The notes under the pieces were generated by a model. The model was not told the DNA's origin, made no database searches, and saw only the letters and a program-made list of their open reading frames with translations. Below are positions 24,573 to 38,235 of a DNA stretch of 64,000 bases, piece after piece (position 1 is the stretch's first letter; each line of letters begins with the position of its first letter). A program made the position numbers and the translations under genes. Source of the stretch: Sphyrna mokarran. Lineage: Eukaryota. The stretch spans positions 19,096,001 to 19,160,000 of the forward strand of contig JAGIQG010000022.1 of assembly GCA_024679065.1 (NCBI GenBank), in the 5' to 3' direction.

Positions 24573-25754
24573 TTTATCAGTTTAATCACTTATTATGAGT
24601 TGCCAGTCATCATCTCCTTTTATTTTAAATTTTTCTTCCAGTTTCAATCAATTTTCTTCCACAAGCTCCTTGAAACAACCACAATGAATGACCAAAGGGT
24701 GTGTGAATTTTTAAATATTATATTTATTCATCCTGTAGAATACTAAATGGTTGTCTTTTACAAACAGAATTATTAAAGTTTGTAAGTTAGGGACAGCATA
24801 ACCGAAGTTCAGTTCTTGAAATTAAGTCGACATAAGGAAATGGCAATGAGGCAGGTTCATTTTATGAGCTCATTACTAAAACATTTCTGATTGATAAATA
24901 ATCCTTTACAATCACTGTTCAGTATTGGCAAGAAGCTTGCCAACAAGTGTCATCTAATATTTCTGGATTTTTACCAATTTCCAATGCACAATGCAATTAG
25001 AACTGTAGCATTGATGGATGAAAAATTCAATAAAAGTACTATATTCAGTGTGCAACAAGCAAACAGAGATCCACTTCAAAAAACACCTCAATTTAATAAA
25101 AATGAAATCTAGTGATGCTTGGATAAGGCAAAGCATATATCAAAACTTGCCAATCTAAATGCTAGCCAAGAGCTTTGAGATAATAATTAGGATTATTGTG
25201 ATTGTGCTGTCAAGCATGTAACCATGGTATGGTAATTAGATTTTTCCCCCAACCCAATTGTGCTGACAGAATATTTCTCAAGGTTTCTTTTTTGTCCAAA
25301 TATAAATACTTTTTTCAAATTAGTACAGTTGAAAAATCAGTAAACTGCATTGTATATAGAAAAAACACAAGGTGTAAAGATAAGCAGTTTTTTTTCAGTA
25401 ATTTGAAATTCTAGGAGCAGACTCATTCTATTCATTATAAAATAATCACATCATTTGTGAAAGAACATGTGCAACCCTCATGTCAACTTTCCTCTTCAGT
25501 ATATCTCAAACAAAAGAAAATTCTTCAAAATGGCAATTCATTTCTGACAAACACAAAACACCTTTTGCTCAGTCCCTGAGGAATTACGTGTCATTTTGGA
25601 TCATCATAGCCATTAAGGCACCAGCTGTCTTACCTTGTCTGTAAACCTAGATATTACAAATTTTAAACATCAAACAACTAAAGATACAAAAATTTATTTT
25701 AATGATCATGATGGCAGCAGTTAGCACTTTTCATTGAATCCAGGTTCTTGGAAC

Positions 25755-25910
25755 TGTAGCACTGCTGCCTTACAGTTCCAAGGACCAGACTCAATTCTGG
25801 CCTTGGGTTACCGCCAGTGTGCAGACTCCACACTTTTCCCTGCATCTGCATGGGTTTCCTTCGGGCGATCTGGTTTCCTCCCACAGTCCAAATATGTGCG
25901 GATTAGATTG
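25755..25910 (+). mobile_element. V-SINE head + body fragment
   Basis: TAGCACTGCTGCCTTACAG..GGTTTCCTCCCACAGTCCAAA. Confidence 0.8.
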
Positions 25911-26609
25911 ATTATCCACCAATTTCAGCTATTCTTTGGAATTTCCTCTCTAACTGTTCTTGTTGCACTGATTTCCTCTTCAAAACATCTTGGTTTCTCC
26001 ACTTTTGTAACCTCTTTTAAAAACCGTCTCAAAACCCACAGCTGTTTAATCAAGCCAAGGCTTCCATCTGAACCACTTCTGGCTCAGCACCCAATTTTGT
26101 TTACATTTAGTTGTTAAGTATCTTGGGATTTTTTTTTCCCCCTAAGAAAGATATTATATAATTTGAAGTTGCTGTTATCACAATGATCTAATATCATTGC
26201 TACTAAAACCATGAGTGAAACTCTAAAGTTAACTTCCATAAACTTCAGCTCCTCTAAAAAGAATTCCTCCCCAGGTGCAATGCTGTACAAAGGCCAGTTC
26301 TCCCAAAACCATGCTGATCTACATCAAGTTATGATTGCTCATTGTCTCATTTATGAGGCACATATTTTTGGTGTTTTACTTAATTTGTCTCACCCAGTTA
26401 CCCCATCTCTTTCTGGTTCTATAATTGCATTCGGATGTTTTTTTATGGGCTCTGGTCTCATGAATCCTCTATCCATTTGTTTTACTTTTCAAACGTTCCA
26501 GCAACCCCTCTGTCAATCCTCTTCAAGCTCTCATTCATTCAAAATACAAAATTTCATCTTTTTGTCAACTTTGCCCAAGTTAAAAGCAAATTACTGCGGA
26601 CGCTGGCAC

Positions 26610-26930
26610 TTAAACAAAAATAGAAAATGCTGGAAAATCTCAGCATGTTTGAGAGCATCTGTGGAGAGAAGATAGAGCTAACATTTTAAGTCTGGATGAC
26701 TCTTTGTCACAAAGGGTCATCCAGACTTCGAACGCTGGCCTGAACTTTACTGTCTGCTTGCCACAGGAATCGGAGCAGGTGATGGGGCAGACCACAGAAA
26801 AAGGAAAGACCATGGGTGGGGTTTTACGGTTTCGGGAAGAGTAAGGCCGTAAAATCTCACCTATTAGTTCTGTTGTCTTTCAACAAACGCTGTCAGACCT
26901 GCTGAGATTTTCCAGGATTTTTTTTGTTCA
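26610..26930. mobile_element. Penelope-type hairpin (family 2) with a MITE inserted at 26737-26862
   Basis: AAAATGCTGGAAAATCTCAGCA ... TGCTGAGATTTTCCAGGATTTT arms; core GTCTGGATGAC/GTCATCCAGAC; half copies at 34375-34496 and ~52950-53070. Confidence 0.65.
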
Positions 26931-28658
26931 AGTTGTACTGGTTTCCTTCACCCTAGTGAGTTATTTTCATCTTCAAATCCCACTTCAATCTCACTCCAAT
27001 TTTAATGATCTCCTTATCATACCTTGTCATCTTTCAACATTAAGTATCTTGTCCTCTGCTCTATCATTAAAAGCCTCTGTTAGCCACAACATTCTGCCTT
27101 CTGGATTTCCTTCTGCCACGCTACCTTCACTCTTGCAGTTACAATTTTTTGCTCCGCTTATGTTTCTGGTTTGCATCTCAATTCTCTCAATTTATTTGGA
27201 CTTACTTTTCTTTCTTGTTATAAAATGCTTTGAGGCATCTTCAAGGGGTACTGGGGATATGAAAGATTTTGTTTTATGGCGAATGACAACAAAAGCTTGT
27301 AAAAGTTTCTCCTTAGCAGTATACATACAAGTGAACCAGTTTCTTATCATTGGTAAGCCAAAGCATAGTCACTGCATTTATTTCAGTTCCAATTTATGCC
27401 ATGTGGCTTTCTTATTTTTTCCAAGCATGCAACGAAAAGGGGACTAAATACTTAACAAAGATTCAATTTTTCAAAACACAACTGCTGTCCTCAGCATTTT
27501 TGTTTTGGTGTGAATCTTGCCATCAAATAACGTTCTTTTTTTTTGAATGTCGGTGATAAACAGCTTGTATGTAGATCAAATTGAAAGGCCACAGGTGCAG
27601 ACACTTCAACAAAACAGGGGAACTCTGTATTGCCAAAGACATTCCAAAAATGGATATTATGCCCACACTCATTGGGGATATAAAGTTCAATTCCAAGGTT
27701 TGATTAACCAATTAGTTTTTCTCCTCTCTTCCTGAAGGAGGAAAGCTTGGGATGTTGCTTTCCTAATGCAAAATGTTTTTAATGTTCAAAAATGGGCAGG
27801 AACAGTAGTAGAGCAATATAGGAATTAGTTTGCTACTGATGGAAATTGTCAATAACGATTGCTTTCACCTCTTAAGACAGTAAAATTTGAGGGGGGAATG
27901 TTGATGTTCAGTATCCATCCAACCATCTCAAAATTAAACTGTCAGTAACTTCAGCATTAGTACTTTACTTAAGTGATAATTTTTTTTGTGTAATACAAAA
28001 TAATGAGAAATGGCATGCTATTCATCTATACTCTAACCAATCCAAATTTTTGCAGATGCTTATGCACTTTAAAACTAGTGGCTGTTCCGATTCCAGCATA
28101 ACATCACTGCCTTGCATTACTAGTTCTAAGAGACTGTCCATTCTTGAACTTGCTTAAATTGTCTTATCCTTGCAGCATATGCTATAGATTATTTCTTCTA
28201 ATTTTACCTTCCCAACATTTTGTCATAACTTAGCTGGTAATTTATGATGCTTTTTAATTTTCTTTAAATCAGCATGAAGGTAATAGCACCAATCTCAGTA
28301 ATGCTGGTACAACCTATACCATCCATTCTTAAAAGGAGGAATAGAAGACATAACTGAAGCTAACAGGAGGACTAAAAACTGTACCAGAGAGAAATAAACA
28401 ATAATTTTTAAAAATGTGTCTTTTTGGTGTCCTTCTTTGAAGTTGATAACTTTTCAATGCAGTTACTCAGTTTTCTGAAAAAATGTACAGTATTAAGAGA
28501 GCACAAGTGAAAATGAGCCTTCAGAATAGAACCTGGAGATTAAATAAAAATGTCAGCCACCCAAATTACATTGCAGGAGAATGTTTTCAAATTGTCAGGA
28601 ATTTTATAAGTACTCAAAATCAATGACTGCAGGTAGTCACAGATTTATTGACTCCTTA

Positions 28659-29710
28659 TGGCACGGTGCATAGCACTACTGCTTCACAGCTCCAGGGATC
28701 TGGGTTCGATTCCCAGCTTGGATCAAAGAAGAAGAAGAACAACAACAACAAAACAGCACGGGAAACAGGCGCTTCAGCCCAACGAGCCCGCACCGCCACC
28801 CCGATGTTCCCACCTCTACCCGTGATCCCTGACTATGTTTATTGATCTATAGATTAAAAACCAAATTTGAGACAATTTAGGGAGAATTTGTTTTGCTAAT
28901 TAGCCTAAGAGTACATCTTTGGGATGTGGGAGGAAACCAGAGCATCCGGAGAAAACCCACGCAAGCACAGGGAGAATGCGCAAACTCCCACAGACACAGG
29001 CCCAAATCCATGTATCTGCACAGCACAGCGATAGTCACTGAGCTGTCGTGTTGCCCATCAAATGGTCCAGGTCAAGCGTACACTAAAAATCGAAAAAAAT
29101 CCAAGAGCAACCCTCTCATGACCCATCGCATGTATGCCCCTTGTTAGACAACAAGGTGGACCAAAGCATCTGTAGGATAAAAACAAGTACATCAATATCA
29201 TCATCTATTTACACACTTCCCAGGGACTCCCAAGGCTCATGATCCCTATTTTAAATCAGTTTTTTATACCCCTCCATTCCCATTCTGTTCATGTGCCCAT
29301 CTAAGAATTTCTTAAATAACTCCAGACTACCTGCCTCCACCACTTTACTTGGCAGCGCATTCCACACCCCCACCACCCTCTGTGTAAAAAAAACTCCCTC
29401 TAGCATCCAAATTATACCTTACCTCTCTCACTCTAAGCCTGTGACCCCTCGTGCTATTCGAGTCCATCCACTATGTGGAGTTTGCACATTCTCCTCATGT
29501 CGGCATGGGTTTCCTCCCACGGTCCAAAGATGCGTGGGTTAGGTTGATTGGCAATGCTAAAATTGCTCTTAGTAATCTGAGATGCATAGATTAGAGGGAT
29601 TAGTGGGTAAATATGTAGGGAGAGGGAGGGCCTGGGTGGGATTGTGACCAGTGTAGACTCGATGGGGCCAAATGACCTGTCTCTGTTCTGCAGGCATTCT
29701 ATTCTATTCT
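28659..29710 (+). mobile_element. HE1-like SINE split by a CR1 insertion
   Basis: Head 28659-28725 (..GGTTCGATTCCCAGCTTGGATCA) resumes at 29470 (CTATGTGGAGTTTGCAC..) and runs to tail A. Confidence 0.88.
28726..29468 (-). mobile_element. CR1 3' end with SINE-containing 3' UTR (copy 1)
   Basis: Highly similar to 36987-37740 and to the revcomp of 41772-42519. Confidence 0.93.
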
Positions 29711-30639
29711 TAATGAATATAGAAAAGACCATCATAATAATGTGGCAAAATATAAATAATTTTTACACTACATGAAAATTATAGTAACCCTTCTGGAATA
29801 ATTCAAAGGGCAGAACATTAATCTGAGTCAAGGAGGAAAGTAAAGGAAATGAATAATGAACGGATTAGAGAAAAATGTGATACAGTATTGATTAACAATA
29901 GGTTAGACTTGATCCAAGGATGCTTTATGTAGCAAGGGTTAAAGTAAGGGCAAGTGACAGAATGTTTTGTAGTTCATTAAACCGAGAGTCCATATCTGAA
30001 AAGTGGGAACAAACTAATGTTGGTCATATTTTCCAAAAAGGCCAGAAGTATGATTCTGAGAACCAATGTCTGCTATTTTATACATCAGTTTGTATTACAA
30101 AAGGATCTTAGTTTATGAGCGAAGACAGTTATTCTACACCAAAATTAGGTTTATTAAGTACAGATTATGCAACTGAATTACTGATATACTTTTGAAAAAA
30201 GGAAATTGAATTAATAAATGCTAATCATACGTACTTAATTAAAAAAATGGGGATTAGAAAGCCAAGTCCAACAAGGTATCATCATTTTCAAGAGGTATGG
30301 GAGAGTCAAAAGAAATTAACAACAAAACATTGAGTAAAAATATACTTACATTTCTATGAAGTTTTAGGAACTGAATGTCAGAGTTTATAGACAAAATGAA
30401 AGTATACTGGAATTTGAAAAAGCAGGATGTTCAGAGAAGACTGGAGGTGATATTTATTTCAAAATGATGCCAACAAAGAAATATGCAGTGCCCACTAGAA
30501 TGCGTGTTTCCATCACCACTGGTGGCATTATTGGAAATCATGTTCCAAAGAAAATCTAGTATTTTTCTCTCAGACTAGAACTTCCTCCAATTTTCCATAA
30601 TAAGTTCAAGCTTAAACTATAAGGAAGGCAAAATAAACC

Positions 30640-31620
30640 AAATGGTGTAATTTTAAATTAAAGAACAATAAGTCCAGTGCACCTATATGGAGATTTTTGA
30701 AGAGGACAAGTTGAAAAGGCTGTTTAAAAAAAAATTAATATTAGAATCTTTGGCTCTATACATAGACAAGTAAGGAAATTATGCACTGTTATGACCTTTG
30801 TTAAGCTTGGAATATTGTGTCCAATTCAGGACACTACACTTTAGAAAGGAAGTCAATGCCTTAGAGAAAGCGTGCAGGGGACATTTACAAGACGATGACC
30901 ATAGATCGGGGCCTTTTAAGGACAGACTTTAAAGTTTGCTCCCTACAACAGAGAAAAGTGAGAGGAGATTTAATGGATGCCTTCAAAATTTTAAAATACT
31001 GTATTGCCAAGAGGGTCAGACAACAAGGGTATCAAATTGAGATAATTTGTAAAATAATACAGGGAGGGGTAGTATTTTATTTGTGCAATGGACTGTTATG
31101 ATCAGAAATGCACTACCTGAAAGGGTGGCGGAAGCAGACTCTACTGCAAGAGGAACTGAGTACAAAAATAGAAATGTGATGATTCGGTGGTACAGGGCAC
31201 TGGAGAGATCATATTTTGCATACTATACTATATCTAGTATTGGTCATCTTATTTAAAGAAAGATTTAAATGCATTGGAAGCAATTCAAAGAAGTTTTACC
31301 AGACTAATACCTGGAATAGATGGATTGCCTTATTAGGAAAGGGTGGACAGACAAGATTTGTGTCCGCTAGAGTTCAGAAGAGCAACTTGATTGAAACATA
31401 TAAGATTCTAAGGATCTTGACAGGGTGGACATGGAAAGAATGATTCCTGTTGTGGGAGAGTCTAGGACTAGGGAGTCACTGTTTAAAAATGAAAATCTCC
31501 TTTTAAAGCAGAGATAAGCAGAATTTTTTTCACTCCAAGGTTCTTGAGTCTTTGGAACTCTTTCAATCTTTGAATATTTTTAAGGCAGAGGTGGATAGAT
31601 TCTTGGTGAATGGGGTGAGG
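30640..31620 (+). mobile_element. Two old CR1 3' fragments in tandem
   Basis: Decayed LEYCVQF.., RGDLMDAFKILK, LIETYKILR motifs. Confidence 0.7.
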
Positions 31621-34114
31621 CAGGGGGGAGGGGGGAGTGGGGAAAAATATAAAATAAATCAATATAACTCTGCACCTTGTAATCCATACATTTTCTGCAT
31701 CTTCAAAAACAACAATGGAACCCTCAATAATGATACATTCAGCAGGAATATATATTTTATTTGTTGATAAATTGCCCAATATTATCTCATGTCAATTGAA
31801 CCCAGATGGGAATAAAAGTTAAAATCATTAAAAACAGTAAGGCACTATCCTGTTCATCCTAACATTTGCCCACCACCAACTATCCAAGTTAGAAATGACT
31901 TGGATTTTCAGAAAAAGATACAACATGAAAAACCCCAACCACAGCATCAAGCCATAGTGTTAGAAAATTGTGACTTTTCTTCTATGATTAGGGTGCTACT
32001 ATAAGCAAGACACATATACTAAAGTCCACACTCTCCAATACAAGCATTTCATCATTGTTGGACTGTGTACAGCCATAGTACTTAGTAACATATTAATATG
32101 GAAGAGTAGATTACATGATGCATTATATTAAGCAAACAAGGGCAATTACAGTAATCTCAAATGGTGGTGTATTCACCATCACAACAAGTAAACTCCCTTT
32201 GCCTTCCACGCCAAAGGAAAATCTGGCTAGACTATCTGGACTCAAGCCTTACTGTGCTGAAAGCTCTGCCTACTAAAGGCCAACCAACACGTCAGATTTC
32301 CAGCTTATTCACCAGCTCATCTTAATTTTAAATGGTTATAGCATCTTTAAATCATTTTTTGTACAGTACCACACACAAAAAATGTTTTTGCAGTCATTTT
32401 TGGAAGTAAAAGCATTGCTCAAAATTGCTCCAGTAAAAACATTTAGATGTTGCATTATCTTTAAATTAGCCATTACCTAGGAAACAGTGCTTAAAGCATC
32501 ATTGAGCCAAAAAAGATTCAATCAAACTACAACAGCAACCACACTTCAATTAGATATTACAGCATAAGGATGACAGGACTTTTAGTGAAGCAGAGGACAA
32601 CTTTGAAAAGAAATATATATATATATAAAAATTTGTTTTTTAAATTTTGTTCAGAACTATGATGAGATTCTGCACTCTTGATCCTTGTGTTATTACAGAT
32701 AATCACCGTACAAATCTGGATATCAAGTATTTTTGTGCCAAAAAAAAACAATAGTTTTTCAGTCCATCCATTCCTGAATAAAAAAGATAGTCAAAATTCA
32801 ATTAGCATTCATAGACTTCCACTTTCTATGCTACCCATTCTTCTTCCCTAGTTAATTTGTGGCAGGCGGGCAAAGGGATAAAGAATCTCAGCAAATTCTG
32901 AAGAAAATTAACGTAAGTATATATTTTTATGTGAATATATATTCTCTACTTCACTCGGAATGTCTGTTCAGTTATCTGATGTAATATCTCATTGAAGTGT
33001 GGTTACTATCAAAATATAACAATAAATCAAAATTTTGACATCCTTTTAAATGCAAATTCATTGTTGGGGATTTATACTGGAATGTTGGTATTCCTTTTGT
33101 ATCTGCAAAGTTAACAAACTGGTACAACAGAAATTCAATATTTATTAGAATTTTGTTCCCCACTTTTCTTTTTCCAGACTCCATTTATCATATGTATGCC
33201 TGATTTTACAGGTGGGAACGTAGCTATCTCTAGGCCTTTGTAAACATTCATTTACAACCAGCTGTAACAAAAAGCAAAAAAAAACATTCATATGGAGCAT
33301 TACGTACTACTGGGACTAAGGTTAGAAAAATCCTTCCCCAGTTTTAAGAACGAAAGAATAGGGTAATGTTTTAACATCGCTCTTCAGCTTCTTTAGCAAG
33401 ATAAATTAGCACAGATGGTATGAAATCTCTAGTCTGTGATGGAATTACCACATTTTCCCCAGACATTAAAGGAAAAATAAAAAGGAGAAAAAAACATTAC
33501 ATCAGATTATATACTGTGCACATAATTAACTCACAGTAATAGATGGTTGTTGCAAGAATCTTAAAGACTTAGCACCGATTTTTATAATTATTTCAGTAAA
33601 GTATTAAAATGAGAGAGTTGATTAGCTCACTTAACAAATGGCTAGCATTTGATTCAGAACACCACCAATAGCACATGTTCGATTCCCATCCCAGTTGTAA
33701 TAGACTAAGGAGATGCCTCCTTATCCTGCCTTGAAGCACAAGACAATCTCAAACCACCACAGAAAATAGCTAAGGAAATGGCTCAGAACGTAGCATCAAA
33801 AAGCAATGATGCAAGGACTTGCCTTCATACAGGCCAAACCTGGAATGAAGGTTGAAAACGAAAACCTGAATCAATACTTTGAAAAGATACTTTACTGAAC
33901 AAAAATGAACTCCAGTAAACTAGTATCGTATCACATACTATCCTGACTTGCAAATAAATTGCTGTTGCTTCATGGTTATTGGATCAATATCCTGGAACTT
34001 CCTACCTAACAGCATTTGGGAGCAGCGTGGCAGTTCATGAAGGCTCAGCTCCACATTTTAAAGGGAAATGCCTTAAACAAATGAAGGAGTGATATGAAGA
34101 ATAAAGGGACATAA

Positions 34115-34355
34115 TTGTCGTGTGCGTAATTTGCACATTTTCCGTGTCTGCGTGGGTTTTTCTTGGCATTCCTGTTTCCTCCCACAGTCCAAAGATGTAC
34201 AGATTAAGTGGATTGGTCATGCTAAATTGCCCCTCAGAGTCGGGGGATTAGCAGGGTAAATATGTGGGATTATGGGGATAGGGCCAGGGCAGAATTGTTG
34301 TTGGTGCAGACTTGATAGACCAAATGGCCTCTTTCTGCACTATATGGATTCTATG
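34115..34355 (+). mobile_element. HE1-like SINE body + tail A
   Basis: V-domain and AATGGCCTCTTTCTGCAC..GATTCTATGA. Confidence 0.85.
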
Positions 34356-34944
34356 AAGCTTTAAGAAAATTGGAAAAAAAGCAAATTCTGCGAATGCTGG
34401 AATCTGAAACCAAGAAAGACAAAATGCTGGAAAATCTTAGCAGGTCTTGCAGCATCTGTAAGGAGAGAAAAGATTTGACGTTTCGAGTCTAGATGAAAAT
34501 TGGAAAGCTTGTTCCAAGAACAAAGTCAATATTATACTAATTTACACCTTCAATTACAAGTTTCTCTTTCTTTGCCAGTATCGTGGTAGCTAAATGACAA
34601 TCAGGAATATTTACCCAAAGGAAACAAAGTTATGAGGTTTCATTCTTGCAACATTGAACAAACTTCTATGTTAGCTGATCACAACAGAGCAGTGATGGCA
34701 TTGAAAGGTTAATTGCAGAGTCTGAAAGTATCAGTCTGAAAGCTGACATCAGTGGATATTGATGAGAAATTTGGATTTGGCTGTGATAGCCGAAGTAATT
34801 AAGCATCTATATATTGCAGATGTTAAAAACAGTAACACAATTAAAGTCATAATGGGCACTGTGGTCAAGGTATGATAGGGCAACCAGTAGGTACTGAATT
34901 GTATTTACCTAATAAAGAAATTAATCCTTTCAGAAAGGAGGATA

Positions 34945-35533
34945 TAGAACATAGAACGTTACAGCATAGAACAGGCCCTTCGGCCTTCGATGTTGCGCCG
35001 ACCAATATAAAAAGCAATGCCCCTCCAAACTAAACCATTCCCTTCTCTTCCATATACTTATCAACTAACCTCTTAAACGCCACCAAACTTGGCGCATCTA
35101 CAACTGCTGCAGGCAGGGCATTCCACTCCCGAACCACCCTTTGGGTAAAGAACCTACCTCTGATATCCGTCCTATAACTATCACCCCTTAATTTAAAGCT
35201 GTGTCCCCTCGTGCTAGCTTTCTCCATCCTAGGAAAAAGGCTATCACTGTCCACCCTATCTAAACCTCTAATCATCTTATATGTTTCGATTAGGTCCCCT
35301 CTTAGCCGCCTCCTTTCTAACGAAAACAACCTCAAATCCCTCAGCCTCTCTTCATAAGACCTGCCCTCCATACCAGGCAACATCCTGGTAAACCTCCTCT
35401 GTACCCTCTCCAAAGCCTCCACATCCTTCTTATAATGCGGGGACCAGAACTGCACACAATACTCCAAGTGCGGCCGCACTAGAGTTTTGTACAGTTGCAA
35501 CATGACGTTGCGGCTCCGAAATTCAATCCCCAT
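34945..35533 (-). mobile_element. Young CR1 3' fragment with short UTR
   Basis: Uninterrupted ORF GIEFRSRNVMLQLYKTLVRPHLEYCVQFWSP..DKYMEEKGMV*; tail (TTCTATG)n. Confidence 0.95.
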
Positions 35534-36674
35534 TATGGGATCCCCAATATGGGAACAAAATTGGGCTTTTGAAATAACTGCCTGGTTATGGCTCACTATA
35601 CACACCAAAGTTATGATTGAGACTGCACTGTCAAATGCAGGAAGGAATTCTGCACTTATATTAGCCTGTGTCATCATATTTAACCAAGAAAACAATATCA
35701 TTGAAGACAAGATGAAGAATAATCCATGATCCCGAACACCTTCCCTTCCCTTACTGAGGTGAACAGACATACACAAAAGGGAACACAAATGTTAAATTAT
35801 AGTGCTGGCTGCCTTCCAGCACATCAGTACTTCGTGCAAATATCTAGGACATAGGCTTGCTTATCACTGACAAATTCCAAAAAATAATTATTATACTTTG
35901 CTAGCATTCAAAACTCAGCACGATGGACAGTACCACACATTTGGTATTTTATAGCTAATATAACTGTTCAGTACTTGGGCCCCACAGACAGAAAAGTCGA
36001 TACAGGTTGTCAACTGTGATTTGGCTAATCTCAAAAAGAATAGAAGTGAGAGCATTGGAGTTGGCATTGTCAAATATTTCCCAGCTCTGATTGTGATCCA
36101 AGAATCTCTACTAGAAGTGGATACTAGTGATTAAAAAGATAGTTTTCATTGCAATGCATCCCATGTTTGAACAGTTCATTGATAAGTCTCACTCATCAAG
36201 ATTCATGTTTGGATAATGGACATTTGGGTGAGGTAGCAAAAAGCAACCATTAATCACCCTTCAGAATTGTACTCTACTAAAAATTAAAGGAGGAAAAGAA
36301 AGAAAATAAAACATCTGAAACATCCTCATATTATGAAATCCAACTTCTTGGCAGCCTGAAAAAGTTTTATTTTATTTGTAACTTCAAGTGTCACAGTAAG
36401 TTGATGGAAACATTTACAACGTCCATCTTTGTAGAAACAAATTTTAGCCTGGCCATAAGCCAACACATACATGACATTTCAAACTAAACCAACTTTTGTA
36501 TGGTGTAGCATCACTCGAGTGACTAACTCAAGCTTCAAACAAAACAGATACAATTTTATGCATAATATTTGCAATAGATAGTTATGTGAAGGAAAATCAC
36601 ATCAACATTCTGGGAATTACCATTGAGCAGAAATGTAACTGGATCAGCAATATAAATGCTGTGGCTATAAGAGC

Positions 36675-36910
36675 AAGAACTCAGTAAGAATTTAGCAACA
36701 CCAATTTATAATCCAACCGATTTATTTGATAGTAAAAACGCGAGCTTTCAACACTGCATTTGCCTGAAGAAGACACAGAGTGTTGAAAGCTCACGTTTTT
36801 ACTATCAAATAAATCGGTTGGATTATAAATTGGTGTTGCTAAATTCTTACTGAGTTCTTACCACCCCAATCCAACGCCGGCATCTGTATATCATGGCTAT
36901 AAGAGCAAGA
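36675..36910 (+). mobile_element. Penelope-type hairpin insertion (family 1) with a 17-bp TSD
   Basis: 81-bp inverted arms 36675-36755 / 36779-36859 (1 mismatch); tail CCCCAATCCAACGCCGGCATCT; TGGCTATAAGAGCAAGA duplicated at 36662 and 36894. Confidence 0.88.
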
Positions 36911-36986
36911 CAGAGGCTGGGAACTCTATGAGTAAATTAGCTCTGGACTTCCTAAAACCTGCCCATTATCCATAAGACAATTATCA

Positions 36987-38235
36987 AAGAACAAAGAACA
37001 AAACAACATAAGAAACAGGCCCTTCGGCCCAACAAGCCCGCGCTGCCACCCCGATGTTCCCACCTCTACCTGCGATCCCTGTCAATGTTTATAGAACTAT
37101 GGATTAAAAACCAAATTTGAGATAATTTAGGGAGAATTTGGTTTGCCAATTAGCCTAAGAGCACATTTTTGGGATGTGGGTGGAAACCAGAGCACCCGGA
37201 GAAAACCCACGCAAGCATGGGGAGAATGCGCAAACTTCCACAGACACAGGCCCAAATCCACGTATCTGCACAGCGCAGCGATAGTCACTGAGCTGTCGTG
37301 TTGCCCATCAAATGGTCCAGGTCAAGCATACACTAACGACATGAAGCACTAGGATACTCTTGAAAAAAAATTCCAAGAGCAGCCCTCTCACGACCCATCG
37401 CGTGTATGCCCCTCGTTAGACAACAAGGTGGACCAAAGCACCTGTAGGATAAAAACAAGTACATCAATATCATCATCTATTTACACACTTCCCAGGGACT
37501 CCCAAGGCTCATGATCCCTATTTTAAATCAGTTTTCTATCCCCCTCCATTCCCATTCTGTTCATGTGCCCATTTAAGTATTTCTTAGATAACTCCAGAGT
37601 ACCTGCCTCCACCACTTTACTTAGCAGCGCATTCCATACCCCCACCACCCTCTGTGTGAAAAAACTCCCCCTAGCATCCAAATTATACCTTACCTCCCTC
37701 ACCCTAAGCCCGTGACTCCTTGTGCTATTCGAGTCCATCCAGGAAAAAGCTTAACCCTGTTTACTCTATCTATACCCCTCATAATCTTGTACACCTCTAT
37801 TAGATCTCCTCTAAGTCTACGTCTTTCAAAGGAAAACAGTCCCAATTTGCCTAATCTCTCCTCGTAACTCAGACCTTCCATACCAGGCAGCATCCTGGTA
37901 AACCTCCTCTGCACTCTCTCCAGACTCTCCACATCCTTCTGGTAGAAGGGCAACCAGAACTGAACGCAGTATTCCAAATGAGGTCTAACCAACGTTTTAT
38001 ACAACTGCAACATTAAAGGCCAGCTCTTGTACTCTATACCCCTTTTTATAAAGGCTAACATACTATATGCTTTCTTCACAACCTTCTCCACTTGCTCTGC
38101 CACCTTCAGAGACTTGTTCACTGCACCTCCAGGTCCCTCTGCATTTCTATACTCTTAATAGGTCTACCCTTTATCATATACCTCCCCCCTACATTCTTTC
38201 TCCCGAAATGCATCACCTCACATTTCACATTATCA
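36987..38235 (-). mobile_element. CR1 3' 1.25 kb with SINE-containing 3' UTR (copy 2)
   Basis: ORFs 37699-38121 and 37523-37738 nearly identical to ORF 41150-41974; same UTR. Confidence 0.95.

Noticed and set aside
35534-35788. Hydrophobic N-terminal extension on the 252-aa CR1 ORF
   Set aside because: Chance open frame in flanking DNA upstream of the 5' truncation point; TTG start, no splice or promoter support.
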